Shown here piece by piece: positions 8,553 to 17,504 of a stretch of 64,000 nucleotides of DNA. The stretch's first letter is position 1, and the number at the start of each line of letters is the position of its first letter. Source of the DNA: Alphaproteobacteria bacterium (GTDB lineage: Bacteria > Pseudomonadota > Alphaproteobacteria > Bin95). The position numbers and the translations under genes are program-made. The DNA lies in NCBI GenBank assembly GCA_963665325.3, contig CAXXWS020000002.1, positions 1,024,001 to 1,088,000 on the forward strand, written 5' to 3'. Under the pieces are notes generated by a model. The model made no database searches and was not told the origin of the DNA. It was given only the letters and a program-made list of their open reading frames with translations.

Positions 8553-9835
8553 GCGCGCGGCAGGACACTTCGGATCCCGGCGCGGTGCGGCGGCGCCAGC
8601 TGCTGCTGTTCTCGGCTCTCGCCGCCGTGCTCCTGGTCGTGCTGGCCGTCTGGCTCGGCATGGGCGGCGGCGGGCAGCCGGCGCCGCGGGGCGGCATCGA
8701 GGCCGGGATCGTGGCGCCGGACGCGGCCGAGCAGGTCTGGACGCGGCGCTCGGAGGCCCGGCTCGGCGGGATCGAGACGCAGTTGCGCGAGATGCGCCAG
8801 GAGGCGCGCCGGCTCGCCGCCGACAACGACCGCCTGCGGGCGAAGCTGGAGCGGGACACCGCCGACGCGCGCACCGTGATCGACCGGCAGGCGGCGGTGA
8901 TGGACGAGCTCGAACGCCGGCTCGGGGCGCCCGTGCAGCCGGGAACGGTGCCCGGCGGCGGCACCGCGGCGGATCCGTACTTCCGCGTTCCGTCCTCGAC
9001 GCCTGAGACCGGCGGGGAGGCGCCGACGCGACCGGTCGCACCCACGCGCATGATCGAGACCTTCGATCTGGAAGGCGGCCCGCGGTCGTCGGCGACCGAT
9101 CCCCGAACCGGGCCCGAGCTCGTGGCGGACGCCGTGGCCAAGCCGGTCTCGGCCTGGCTGCCGGCGGGCGCCCATGCGCAAGCCGTGGTGCTTGCCGGCG
9201 TCGACGCCTCGGCCGGCATCTCGTCGCAGGGCGATCCCCGCCCGGTGCTGATGCGCGTTACGGGTCCGGCATGGACCGCCGCCCCATCGGGTTCGGGGGA
9301 CGGTGCCGCCCTGCAGGTCGACATCGACGGCTGCACCGTGACGGGGGCAGCGCATGGCGACCTCTCCTCGGAGAAGGTTTACGTCCGCTTCCGCACGATG
9401 ACTTGTGCCGGGCCGGAGCCGGGCACCGTGATCGAGACCGATGTGGCGGGCTTCGTCGCCGGCTCGGGCAAGACCGGGGTGCGCGGACCGGTGGTGAGCC
9501 GCGAGGGCGCGCTGGTCGAGAAGGCGTTCCTGGCCGGCGTGGTGTCGGGCGTCGGCCAGGGCGCGGCGCAGGCCTTCCAGCCGCAGGCGGTGGCCACGGG
9601 CGCGGGCGGCGCCGCGGTTGCGAACACCGGGCTCGGCGACATCGGCCGGGCCGGTCTCGGCGCCGGTGCGTCCTCGGCGGGGCAGAAAGTGGCCGACTAC
9701 ATGATCCGGCGCGCCGAGCAGTACCAGCCGGTGATCCAGCTCCAGGCCGGCACGAAGGTGACCCTGGTGTTCCTTGAAGGCGCCCGCATCGACGGCCGCG
9801 CCGTGCAACCGCAATCGAACAACGGAGGGAAATGA
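8549..9835 (+). CDS. traB: F-type T4SS protein TraB (VirB10-like)
   Basis: TM, coiled coil, GVDAS...DPRPVLMR, GDLSSEK, GVRGPVV, RAEQYQPVI. Confidence 0.93.
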   Translation: MSARQDTSDPGAVRRRQLLLFSALAAVLLVVLAVWLGMGGGGQPAPRGGIEAGIVAPDAAEQVWTRRSEARLGGIETQLREMRQEARRLAADNDRLRAKLERDTADARTVIDRQAAVMDELERRLGAPVQPGTVPGGGTAADPYFRVPSSTPETGGEAPTRPVAPTRMIETFDLEGGPRSSATDPRTGPELVADAVAKPVSAWLPAGAHAQAVVLAGVDASAGISSQGDPRPVLMRVTGPAWTAAPSGSGDGAALQVDIDGCTVTGAAHGDLSSEKVYVRFRTMTCAGPEPGTVIETDVAGFVAGSGKTGVRGPVVSREGALVEKAFLAGVVSGVGQGAAQAFQPQAVATGAGGAAVANTGLGDIGRAGLGAGASSAGQKVADYMIRRAEQYQPVIQLQAGTKVTLVFLEGARIDGRAVQPQSNNGGK

Positions 9836-9836
9836 C

Positions 9837-10406
9837 ATGGTCGGTTCGCGATTGGGTAATCGGGCCATGGCGCCTGTGGCTGCGGCCGTCGCGGCCCTCA
9901 TGCTCGCCGGATGCTCCTCGGGCCACATCGGTGAGGACTGGCAGTGCCCGCTGGCGAAGGGCGGCTCCTGCGCCAGCGTCGCCGCCGCCGATCCGGCGGT
10001 GCCGAAGACGGGCGCTGCGCGGACGATGACGACCGGGCAGCCGATCCGGCTGCTGCCCCGCGACATGGAAGCCGAACGCGCCGATCTACCGGCGATGGAG
10101 CCCCGATCCTGTGAGACCGCCTGCGGCTTCGATCCCTTCGCCTGGCTCGCGCGGCTGTTGGGCGGCAGCGATAACGACGACCGCCCCGGCTACGGTGGTG
10201 CCGAACCGGAAACGATCGATTCCGCCGCCGCCGCTCTTCCGGCCGATCCCGCCTCCGGCAGTGACGCCGGGCAAGCCGACGGTCTGCGCACCGGCGAGGT
10301 CGTGGCGCGCATCTGGATCGCGCCCTTCGTCGACGCCGACGGCGTCTACCGCGAAGCGTCCCATGTCCGGGTCGTTCTGGAGCCCGCCGGCTGGAGGCTC
10401 CGCTGA
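9837..10406 (+). CDS. traV: F-type T4SS lipoprotein TraV
   Basis: Lipobox LAGC, WQC...CASV, RIWIAPFVDADG...W. Confidence 0.88.
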   Translation: MVGSRLGNRAMAPVAAAVAALMLAGCSSGHIGEDWQCPLAKGGSCASVAAADPAVPKTGAARTMTTGQPIRLLPRDMEAERADLPAMEPRSCETACGFDPFAWLARLLGGSDNDDRPGYGGAEPETIDSAAAALPADPASGSDAGQADGLRTGEVVARIWIAPFVDADGVYREASHVRVVLEPAGWRLR

Positions 10407-13006
10407 TGGCGGCGGGAGCGCTCGGCCGGCTGCTGGAGATGTTCGAGGGGCCGGAGGCGCCGGGTCCCTGGTCGCCCCCCGCCATGCCGGCCGCGCTGCA
10501 TGCGCTGCTGCCATGGCGCGCGTTCGACGAGTCGAGCGAGCTCTATGTCAACGCAGGCTCCGTTGGCTTCGTCATCGAGCTGCCGCCCTTCGCCGGCATC
10601 GACGCCGAGACGCTGGGAGCGCTTTCCGGCACGCTCGCCGACGCCGCGCCCGAGCGCTGCACGATACAGATCGTCCACTGGGCGAGCCCGCGCTTCGGCG
10701 CCGCCATGCGCGCCTGGGCCGAGCCGCGTGTCGGGACCGGCGGGGCGCTGAACCGCATGGGCGAACGCCGCCGGAACCTGCTTGCCCCCGGAGGATGGCG
10801 CCGGCTGCATGACGGGGGACCGCCCTTCACCCTCACGGACTACCGGGTGTTCGTCACCGCCTGTCTTGCGGGCGGTCCCGGTCCGGCGGCGGAGACCGCG
10901 CTCGGCGCCTTCCGCCGGGCGCTGGAGGGAACCCTCGCCTCCGCCGGGGCCTCGGCAAGGCGGCTGGAGCCGGACGGGCTGCTGTCGCTGGCGGTGGAAC
11001 TGACCGCGCCCGACATTGCCGGACGCCATGACGGGGGAACCGAACGCCCGGTGCGGCGCTGGGCGCCGCGCGATCCGCTGCACGAGCAGTGCACCGCGCC
11101 CGGACGCGCTCTCACGGTCCATCCCACCGGCCTCACTCTCCACCATCCGGACGGTGGCGGCAACGGCGGCTCCGGGGACATCGCCGTGCGCGTACTCAGC
11201 GCCATCGCCTTTCCCGAAGTCTGGCCGGGCTGGCGCGGCAACGCGCTGATCGGCGACTTCCACCGCGACTTCCTCCAGCCCGGCTGTCCGGTGCTGACCT
11301 GCCTCACCGTCATGACCGGCGACGAGGCGGCGGGCGAGAAGGCGTTCCTCAAATCCGCCCGCGCCACCCAGCAGGCCGGCACCGGGATCGCGCGCTATCT
11401 CCCGGGCCTGCCCGAGAAGGCGCGCGACTGGCAGGCGGTGACCGAGCGGCTCAAGGACGGCGAGCGGCTGGTCCGCGCCTGCTACATGGCCGCCGTCTAC
11501 GCCCCGCTGGACGTGCTCGACGAAGCCGAGCAGGCGGTGCGCGCGATCTATCACGGCCAGGGCTGGCGGGTGAACGCCGAGCGCTACATGCAGCTGCCCT
11601 CCTGGCTCGCCTGCCTCCCCATGGCGTCCGCCGGCGGGCTCGACGCCGATCTCGAACGCATGGGCCGCATGAAGACCCTGCTGACCGCATCGGCGGTCAA
11701 TCTCGCGCCGTGGCACGGCGAGTGGCGGGGCCAGCCGATGAACCCGGACAACCCGCCGGCCCTCTTCCTGATCGGCAGGCGCGGCCAGCCGGCCTGCTGG
11801 TCGCCCTTCGCCAACGAGGCGGGCAACTACAACACTGCGGTCACCGGCAAGTCCGGCTCCGGCAAGTCGGTGCTGATGCAGGAGCTGGTGACCGGGCTGA
11901 TCGGCGCCGGCGGCGAGGCGGTGGTGATCGACGACGGACGCTCGTTCCAGCACACGGCGGAGGCGCTCGGCGGCGCGTTCATCGCCTTCGGCAAGGATCC
12001 GGCCTGCCTCAACCCCTTCGCCATGATCGATGCCGGAACCGCGGAACATGACGGCGACTACCGCGAGGAGTGCTTCGCCATGCTGGCCGGCGTCATCGGG
12101 CGGATGGCAAGGCGAAGGGGCTCCATCGACGACATCGAGGCGGCGCTGATCGCCGAAGCCATCGCGGCCGCGTGGGACGAGGCCGGCAACGGTGCCGATC
12201 TCGGCACCGTGCGCAAGAACCTGGAATCGAGGGACGACCGCCGCGCCGCCGACATGGCGACCGCCCTCGGCCCCTGGTGTCCGGGCGGCGCCATGGGGCG
12301 GCTGTTCGCCGGCTCGAACGTGCCGGACCTTGAGAACGCCATGACGGTGTTCGAGCTGGCCGAGCTCAAGGGACGAGGCGACGTGCAGGCGGTGGTGCTG
12401 ATGCTGGTGGTCTTCCTCGCCACCCAGCGCATGTATCACGGCCCCCGCACCCGCGCGAAGGCGATCGTCATCGACGAGGCCTGGGACCTGCTCTCCGGCG
12501 AGGACAGCCGCGCCTTCCTCGAAGGCGCGGCCAGACGGGCCCGAAAATATCGGGGCTCCCTCATCACCGGCACGCAGAGCGTCAACGACTATTACGCCAA
12601 CCCGGCCGCGCGCGCGGCCTGGGAGAACTCGGACTGGGTGATCTTCCTCGCCCAGAAGGACGAATCCATCGAGCTGCTCAAGTCCGAGAAGCGCATCCAC
12701 TGCGATCCCGGCATGGAGCGCGCGCTGAAGTCCCTCACCACCGCCGACGGCCGCTATGCCGAGCTGGTGCTGCACGGCCCCGACGGCTGGCGGGTGGCGC
12801 GGCTGGTGCTCGATGCCTGGTCGGTGGCGCTGTTCTCCTCGCGCGGCCCCGCCTTCGCCGCGGTCGAGACGCTCAAGGCCGAGGGGCTCTCCACCGTCCA
12901 GGCCATCGACCGGCTCGCGGGGGACGGTCCCCTCGCGGGCGGCGGCGCCCTCGCCGGCCCCGCTGCCGGACATTCCGAACCATCCGAAACGGAGGATGCG
13001 GCATGA
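10406..13006 (+). CDS. traC: VirB4-family ATPase TraC
   Basis: GNYNTAVTGKSGSGKS, IDDGRS, IDEAWDLL, RRARKYRGS. Confidence 0.95.
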   Translation: MAAGALGRLLEMFEGPEAPGPWSPPAMPAALHALLPWRAFDESSELYVNAGSVGFVIELPPFAGIDAETLGALSGTLADAAPERCTIQIVHWASPRFGAAMRAWAEPRVGTGGALNRMGERRRNLLAPGGWRRLHDGGPPFTLTDYRVFVTACLAGGPGPAAETALGAFRRALEGTLASAGASARRLEPDGLLSLAVELTAPDIAGRHDGGTERPVRRWAPRDPLHEQCTAPGRALTVHPTGLTLHHPDGGGNGGSGDIAVRVLSAIAFPEVWPGWRGNALIGDFHRDFLQPGCPVLTCLTVMTGDEAAGEKAFLKSARATQQAGTGIARYLPGLPEKARDWQAVTERLKDGERLVRACYMAAVYAPLDVLDEAEQAVRAIYHGQGWRVNAERYMQLPSWLACLPMASAGGLDADLERMGRMKTLLTASAVNLAPWHGEWRGQPMNPDNPPALFLIGRRGQPACWSPFANEAGNYNTAVTGKSGSGKSVLMQELVTGLIGAGGEAVVIDDGRSFQHTAEALGGAFIAFGKDPACLNPFAMIDAGTAEHDGDYREECFAMLAGVIGRMARRRGSIDDIEAALIAEAIAAAWDEAGNGADLGTVRKNLESRDDRRAADMATALGPWCPGGAMGRLFAGSNVPDLENAMTVFELAELKGRGDVQAVVLMLVVFLATQRMYHGPRTRAKAIVIDEAWDLLSGEDSRAFLEGAARRARKYRGSLITGTQSVNDYYANPAARAAWENSDWVIFLAQKDESIELLKSEKRIHCDPGMERALKSLTTADGRYAELVLHGPDGWRVARLVLDAWSVALFSSRGPAFAAVETLKAEGLSTVQAIDRLAGDGPLAGGGALAGPAAGHSEPSETEDAA

Positions 13007-13629
13007 CGCAAAAAGCAAACGGCGGCGAAAGGTCGCTCAACTGGCCGGACGACCCGGAGACAGTGACGGCCGCCGATATCGACTTCACCGCGCTGGCGCA
13101 TGTGCTTGCCAACACCTGCCGCCGGGGCGGCTGTGTGCGTTCCTACCACTCGGTGGCGGCGCACGCGGTAATCGTCTCGGAGGAGATCGAGGCGCTCGAC
13201 GGTCTCGCGGACGAAGACCGGCGGGTGCTGGCTCTCCATGCGCTCCTTGCGCCCGCGCCGTCGGCCTGGCTCCGGGCCCGGCTGCCGGACTCGCAGCGGG
13301 CGGCCGAGCCCGGATCGCGGTCCGGGCCAGGACGCGCCGGAAGGCTGGCGACGGGGATCGAGACCGCGGTGCGCGAGGCCGCCGGGCTCGATGCCGTGCT
13401 GGACGAGGACCACGGCGAACTGCTGCGATTCGTGACCCGCATGGCGGCTTCGGCCGAGCGCCGCGACATCATGGACGGGAACGCCGCCGCGAGCGCCGGC
13501 GTGGCCTTCCCGCCGCTGAAACGGCGCATCCGTTCGATCATGCCCGACAAGGCGGCGGAGGCCTGGCTCGCCCGCTTCCGGGCGCTCGCCGGACCGGCCG
13601 GCGGCTCGTCGGATGGGCCGCGAGGCTGA
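13003..13629 (+). CDS. YfdR/YfbR-like HD-fold phosphohydrolase homologue lacking the HD dyad
   Basis: DIDFTALAHVLANTCRRGG...HSVAAHAVIVS fits the family; LLHDAAEAY is replaced by LLAPAPSAW. Confidence 0.65.
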   Translation: MTQKANGGERSLNWPDDPETVTAADIDFTALAHVLANTCRRGGCVRSYHSVAAHAVIVSEEIEALDGLADEDRRVLALHALLAPAPSAWLRARLPDSQRAAEPGSRSGPGRAGRLATGIETAVREAAGLDAVLDEDHGELLRFVTRMAASAERRDIMDGNAAASAGVAFPPLKRRIRSIMPDKAAEAWLARFRALAGPAGGSSDGPRG

Positions 13630-13633
13630 CACG

Positions 13634-14020
13634 ATGCGTTCCGACTCCGCGTGGCCGGCGATGGTGTCCGCCGTGCTGCTCTCGGGCGCGGTGGCGGCGG
13701 CGGTCGCGGCGGCCGTCCTCCGATATGGGGTCGATCCGCCACCGCGCATCGCCGGCGTTCGTCTTGCGGAAATGACCGCGGCCTGGACGACGCGGGCGGC
13801 AGCCGAAGGCCGGCCGGCGTCGGAGGTCCGCGCCTGGGGCGCGGCGCTGGAGACCGCTCTCGACCGCGTGGCGCACGATCATGGCGTCGTTCTGCTGCCT
13901 GCGCGCGCCGTCGCCGCCGGGGCGCCGGACCTGACGCGGCAGGTCAAGGACGTGCTGGCGGCGATCCTGGCGGGTCGCGGGTCCGGGCCGTCCGCGCTCT
14001 CCGGCGGAGAGCGGCCGTGA
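13634..14020 (+). CDS. trbI: TrbI-like F-type pilus protein
   Basis: N-terminal TM, VVLLPARAVAAGAPDLT motif; position after traC. Confidence 0.8.
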   Translation: MRSDSAWPAMVSAVLLSGAVAAAVAAAVLRYGVDPPPRIAGVRLAEMTAAWTTRAAAEGRPASEVRAWGAALETALDRVAHDHGVVLLPARAVAAGAPDLTRQVKDVLAAILAGRGSGPSALSGGERP

Positions 14021-14604
14021 CCGCATCGCGCCCGATGTTCGCCCGGCGGGACGCCCATGCGCGCCGCCGCCAGGTCGGCCTGGCGGTCATGATCGCGCTG
14101 GCGGCGCTCTGGCTCGGCCTCGCCTCGCGGGTGCATGTCAATGCCAGCTGGTCGGACCAAGCCTGGGGCTATGCCGCCTTCCCGCTGTTCGGCGAGGACC
14201 CGAGGATCGGCGACCGGGTGTTGTTCGAGCCTCCCGAAGCGCTGGAATCCCGGGTGCCGTATCTGAAGACCGTGCGCGGCCTGCCGGGCATGGCGGTCGC
14301 GGTCTCGGAAGACGGGACGGTCTTTCTCGACGGCGTCGCGGTCGGCCGCGCCAAGACCCATGCCCTCGACGGGCGGCCGCTCGAAGCCATCGCACCGGGG
14401 ATCATCCCGCCCGGCCATTACTTCCTGCTTGGCCGTCATCCCGACAGCCACGACAGCCGCTACGCCGAAATCGGTCTGGTGCCGCGCCATCGCATCCTCG
14501 GCCGCGCGATTGCCCTGCCGGACCTGCCCTGGCTCGGCCTGAAGGGACCGCTGGTGGGGCCGGAGGATGTCCGGCCGGACGCGAAACCGGAGGCGCGGCG
14601 ATGA
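14017..14604 (+). CDS. S26-family conjugative signal peptidase (TrhF/TraF-P-like pilin processing)
   Basis: NASWS, YLKTVRGLPG, HPDSHDSRYAEIGLV. Confidence 0.85.
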   Translation: MTASRPMFARRDAHARRRQVGLAVMIALAALWLGLASRVHVNASWSDQAWGYAAFPLFGEDPRIGDRVLFEPPEALESRVPYLKTVRGLPGMAVAVSEDGTVFLDGVAVGRAKTHALDGRPLEAIAPGIIPPGHYFLLGRHPDSHDSRYAEIGLVPRHRILGRAIALPDLPWLGLKGPLVGPEDVRPDAKPEARR

Positions 14605-15308
14605 GACGGTCGGCGACACTGCTGCTTGCCGCCCTGCTCGCGGCGATGGCGCCGGAAGCGTCCGCGAAGGACCTGGGCGTGCGCGGCGCGACCTGGCCGG
14701 TGGCCGAGCCCGACCTGCTGCTCGAAATAGAGGCGCGGCTCGCGGAATTGCAGCGCTCCGGCGAGCTTGCCCGTCTGGAGGACGAGGCCCGCACCCGCGC
14801 CCGCCGGAGCCTTCAAGAGCCCGAAACTGTGCCCGGCATTGCGCCGGCACGGGAGCAATTCAGCCGGCTGTTCGATCCCTCGATCGCGGTGGCACAGGAT
14901 ATCCGCGCGCCCGACGGCACGCTCATCGCCGCCACCGGGACCAGGGTCAACCCGCTGGAGCGCCTGCCGCTCACCCGCGATCTGATCTTCATCGACGGCA
15001 GGCGCGCGGCCGAGATCGCCTGGGCGCTCGCCCATGACCGTCCGGCGAAGATCGTGCTGCTGGCCGGGCGTCCGCTCGATCTCATGCGCCGCCATCGGCG
15101 GCCCTTCTTCTTCGACACCGGCGGCAGGCTCGCCGCGCGCTTCGGCGTCGCCGCGACGCCCACGCTGATCGAACAGGACGGCGTTCGACTGCGCCTGACC
15201 GAATTCCCGGTTGTGGATCGGGCGGGGCCGCAGTCCGGCCAATGCGATGGCGATACGCAACCCACCGAATCATTGAAACCGACAGCGAGGGGAGAAAAGC
15301 CATGCTGA
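14601..15308 (+). CDS. traW: F-type T4SS protein TraW
   Basis: KDLGVRGATWPVAEPDLL, FDPS, GTRVNPL, FFDTGGRLAARFG. Confidence 0.92.
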   Translation: MRRSATLLLAALLAAMAPEASAKDLGVRGATWPVAEPDLLLEIEARLAELQRSGELARLEDEARTRARRSLQEPETVPGIAPAREQFSRLFDPSIAVAQDIRAPDGTLIAATGTRVNPLERLPLTRDLIFIDGRRAAEIAWALAHDRPAKIVLLAGRPLDLMRRHRRPFFFDTGGRLAARFGVAATPTLIEQDGVRLRLTEFPVVDRAGPQSGQCDGDTQPTESLKPTARGEKPC

Positions 15309-15712
15309 CCGTGAACCGCGCGACCCTGGTGGGCCATGCAGGCCGCGATCCCGAGATCCGCGCCCTGCCGAACGGGGGCAGGGCGGCGACCTTCCCGCTC
15401 GCCACCGCCGAAAAATGGACCGACCGCGAGGGCAAGCCCCAGGAGGCCACGGACTGGCACCGCATCGTGGTCTATGGCGCGGCCGTCGAGATCGTCGGGA
15501 CCATGCTGCGCAAGGGCGGTCCGGTCATGGTCGAGAGCCTGCCCCGGACTCGATCCGGGGGCCGCATCGCGACCCGGCAATACCGCGACCGGGACGACAA
15601 CGACCGCACCGTCACCGAGATCGTCGTCGCCGGGCCGCAGGGCATGGTCAATATCCTCAGCCCGAGGAAGCTGGAGCATGGCAACGCCGCGGCAACCGGG
15701 TCCACGGCATGA
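15302..15712 (+). CDS. ssb: Single-stranded DNA-binding protein (no acidic C-tail; 8-aa in-frame insert)
   Basis: VNRATLVGHAGRDPEIR...LATAEKW...TDWHRIV...TEIV. Confidence 0.9.
   Translation: MLTVNRATLVGHAGRDPEIRALPNGGRAATFPLATAEKWTDREGKPQEATDWHRIVVYGAAVEIVGTMLRKGGPVMVESLPRTRSGGRIATRQYRDRDDNDRTVTEIVVAGPQGMVNILSPRKLEHGNAAATGSTA
15536..15560. repeat. REP-like palindrome inserted in frame in ssb
   Basis: AGCCTG-CCCCGGA-CTCGA-TCCGGGG interrupts the conserved VEG motif, adding SLPRTRSG. Confidence 0.7.
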
Positions 15713-16710
15713 CCCGTCGCATCCTCGCCGTCTGCGCGGTCGCGCTGGCGTCCGCCCTGTGGTCCGGGCCTGCGGCAGCGCAGTCCTGCACCGGGCGGTT
15801 CGTCAACCCGGTCTCGGACGTCTGCTGGGAGTGCCTGTTCCCGATCTCGATCGGCCCGCTCACCATCGGCAGCACCGGCGGCGTCACGGATACGCCCAAC
15901 CCGTCCTCGCCGATCTGCTTCTGCGGCTCCCCCATCCCCCGCATCGGCCTGTCGCTCGGGGTCTGGGAGCCGGCACGGCTGGTCGATGTCACCAGGACCC
16001 CCTGGTGCTTCCCCAATCTGGGCGGGCTCACCATCGATCCCGGCCTGCCCGCCGCGCGGGGCCGTACCGGGTCCTCCGGCGGCGACGGCGCCAAGGGCTC
16101 GGTCTGGCATGCGCACTATTACATGTATCCGCTCTTGTCCTGGATCGGGGTGCTGCTCGATCTCGGCTGCCTGGAGGGCGGGTCGCTCGACATCGCCTGG
16201 GTCTCGGAGCTCGACCCGGCCTGGCTCGACGACGAGCTGTCGTTCCTCCTGAACCCGGAAGCCGCGCTGTTCGCCAACCTGCCGGCGCAGGCGGCCTGCG
16301 CCGCCGACTGCGCGGCGGCCTCGGTCGGGCTGCCGCAGGACGGTCTGTTCTGGTGCGCGGGCTGCCAGGGCGGGATGTATCCGCTGACCGGCAATGTGGC
16401 GGCCCATGTGGGCGGCGTGCAGGCGTCGCTGCTGGCGGCCCAGCGTCTGGTCTACCGCCTCCACCGCGCCGGGCTCGCCTGGGGCACCTCGGGCTCGGCC
16501 GCGCTCTGCGGGCGCTATCCGATGCCGGTGATGAAGAAGTCGCAATACCGCTGGCAGATGACCGAGCCGGTGCCGGCGACCACGCCCGCGACGGGCTGCA
16601 ACCCGACCGGGCGGTCCTCGGTGCTCTGGGAATCGCTCCGCGAGCTGCCGGTCTCCGGCGAGAGCTTCGGCTACCTGCTGTGGAGAAAACGCACATGCTG
16701 CCTCTTGTGA
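15709..16710 (+). CDS. traU: F-type T4SS protein TraU
   Basis: CTGRFVNPVSDVCWECLFPISIG, WEPARLVDV, LLWRKRTCC. Confidence 0.95.
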   Translation: MTRRILAVCAVALASALWSGPAAAQSCTGRFVNPVSDVCWECLFPISIGPLTIGSTGGVTDTPNPSSPICFCGSPIPRIGLSLGVWEPARLVDVTRTPWCFPNLGGLTIDPGLPAARGRTGSSGGDGAKGSVWHAHYYMYPLLSWIGVLLDLGCLEGGSLDIAWVSELDPAWLDDELSFLLNPEAALFANLPAQAACAADCAAASVGLPQDGLFWCAGCQGGMYPLTGNVAAHVGGVQASLLAAQRLVYRLHRAGLAWGTSGSAALCGRYPMPVMKKSQYRWQMTEPVPATTPATGCNPTGRSSVLWESLRELPVSGESFGYLLWRKRTCCLL

Positions 16711-16751
16711 ACCCATTGAAACGCAACGCCAGAGACGACTCCGACGAGAAC

Positions 16752-17504
16752 ATGACGACGCTCTCCTCACCCTTCCGGACCGCCCTCCTGCTCACGGCCA
16801 TGCTGGTTCTCGGCGCCTGCGCCTGTCCGGCGCGGGCCGGCGAAATGCCCACCGCAGGCCCGGAGGCGGGCGCATCGCGCCTGGTCGAGGAGGTGCTGCG
16901 CAAGGCGGGCGACGGCGATCTCGGCGAGTGGACGCGCTCCATCATGGACCGCGCCCTGAAACGCGCAGGCGATACCGCACGCCGGACGATCCCCGGATCG
17001 GGATCCGGAGCAGGCTCTGGACCCTCCGCCGCGCCTCTCCCGGCCGAACGCCATGCCGGTGAATTTGCGGGGCCGCGTTCCGGCACGGCGGAAATCCTGA
17101 TCTTCACCAGCCTCTCGGTGCCGGCCGCAAGCTGGCGGCAATGGGCGCGCGATGCGGCCCAAACCGGCGCGCCGCTGGTGCTGCGCGGTGTCGGCGCGGG
17201 CGGATTGCGCGAAACCGCCAGACGGATCGGCGCCCGTCTCGGCAGCCACGAACCGGGCATCGCCATCGATCCCAGATTGTTCCGCCTGTTCGGCATCGAC
17301 CGCGTGCCGGCGGTGGTCGTCGTGCCGGGCGGCGTGCCGCCCTGCGAGAGTCGGGGTTGCACGGAGGACCCCGCCCCGCCGCACGATCTTGTCGCCGGCA
17401 ATATCGGCCTCGACGCCGCGCTGGAAGCCGTCGCCGCCGAAGGCGATGCCGGTCGCGCGGTCGCGAAGGCGTATCTCCAGCGTCTGGTGGGGGACGGGCA
17501 ATGA
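16752..17504 (+). CDS. trbC: F-type pilus assembly protein TrbC
   Basis: IFTSLSVP, LVLRG, IDPRLFRLFGIDRVPAVV, GNIGLDAALE. Confidence 0.9.
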   Translation: MTTLSSPFRTALLLTAMLVLGACACPARAGEMPTAGPEAGASRLVEEVLRKAGDGDLGEWTRSIMDRALKRAGDTARRTIPGSGSGAGSGPSAAPLPAERHAGEFAGPRSGTAEILIFTSLSVPAASWRQWARDAAQTGAPLVLRGVGAGGLRETARRIGARLGSHEPGIAIDPRLFRLFGIDRVPAVVVVPGGVPPCESRGCTEDPAPPHDLVAGNIGLDAALEAVAAEGDAGRAVAKAYLQRLVGDGQ

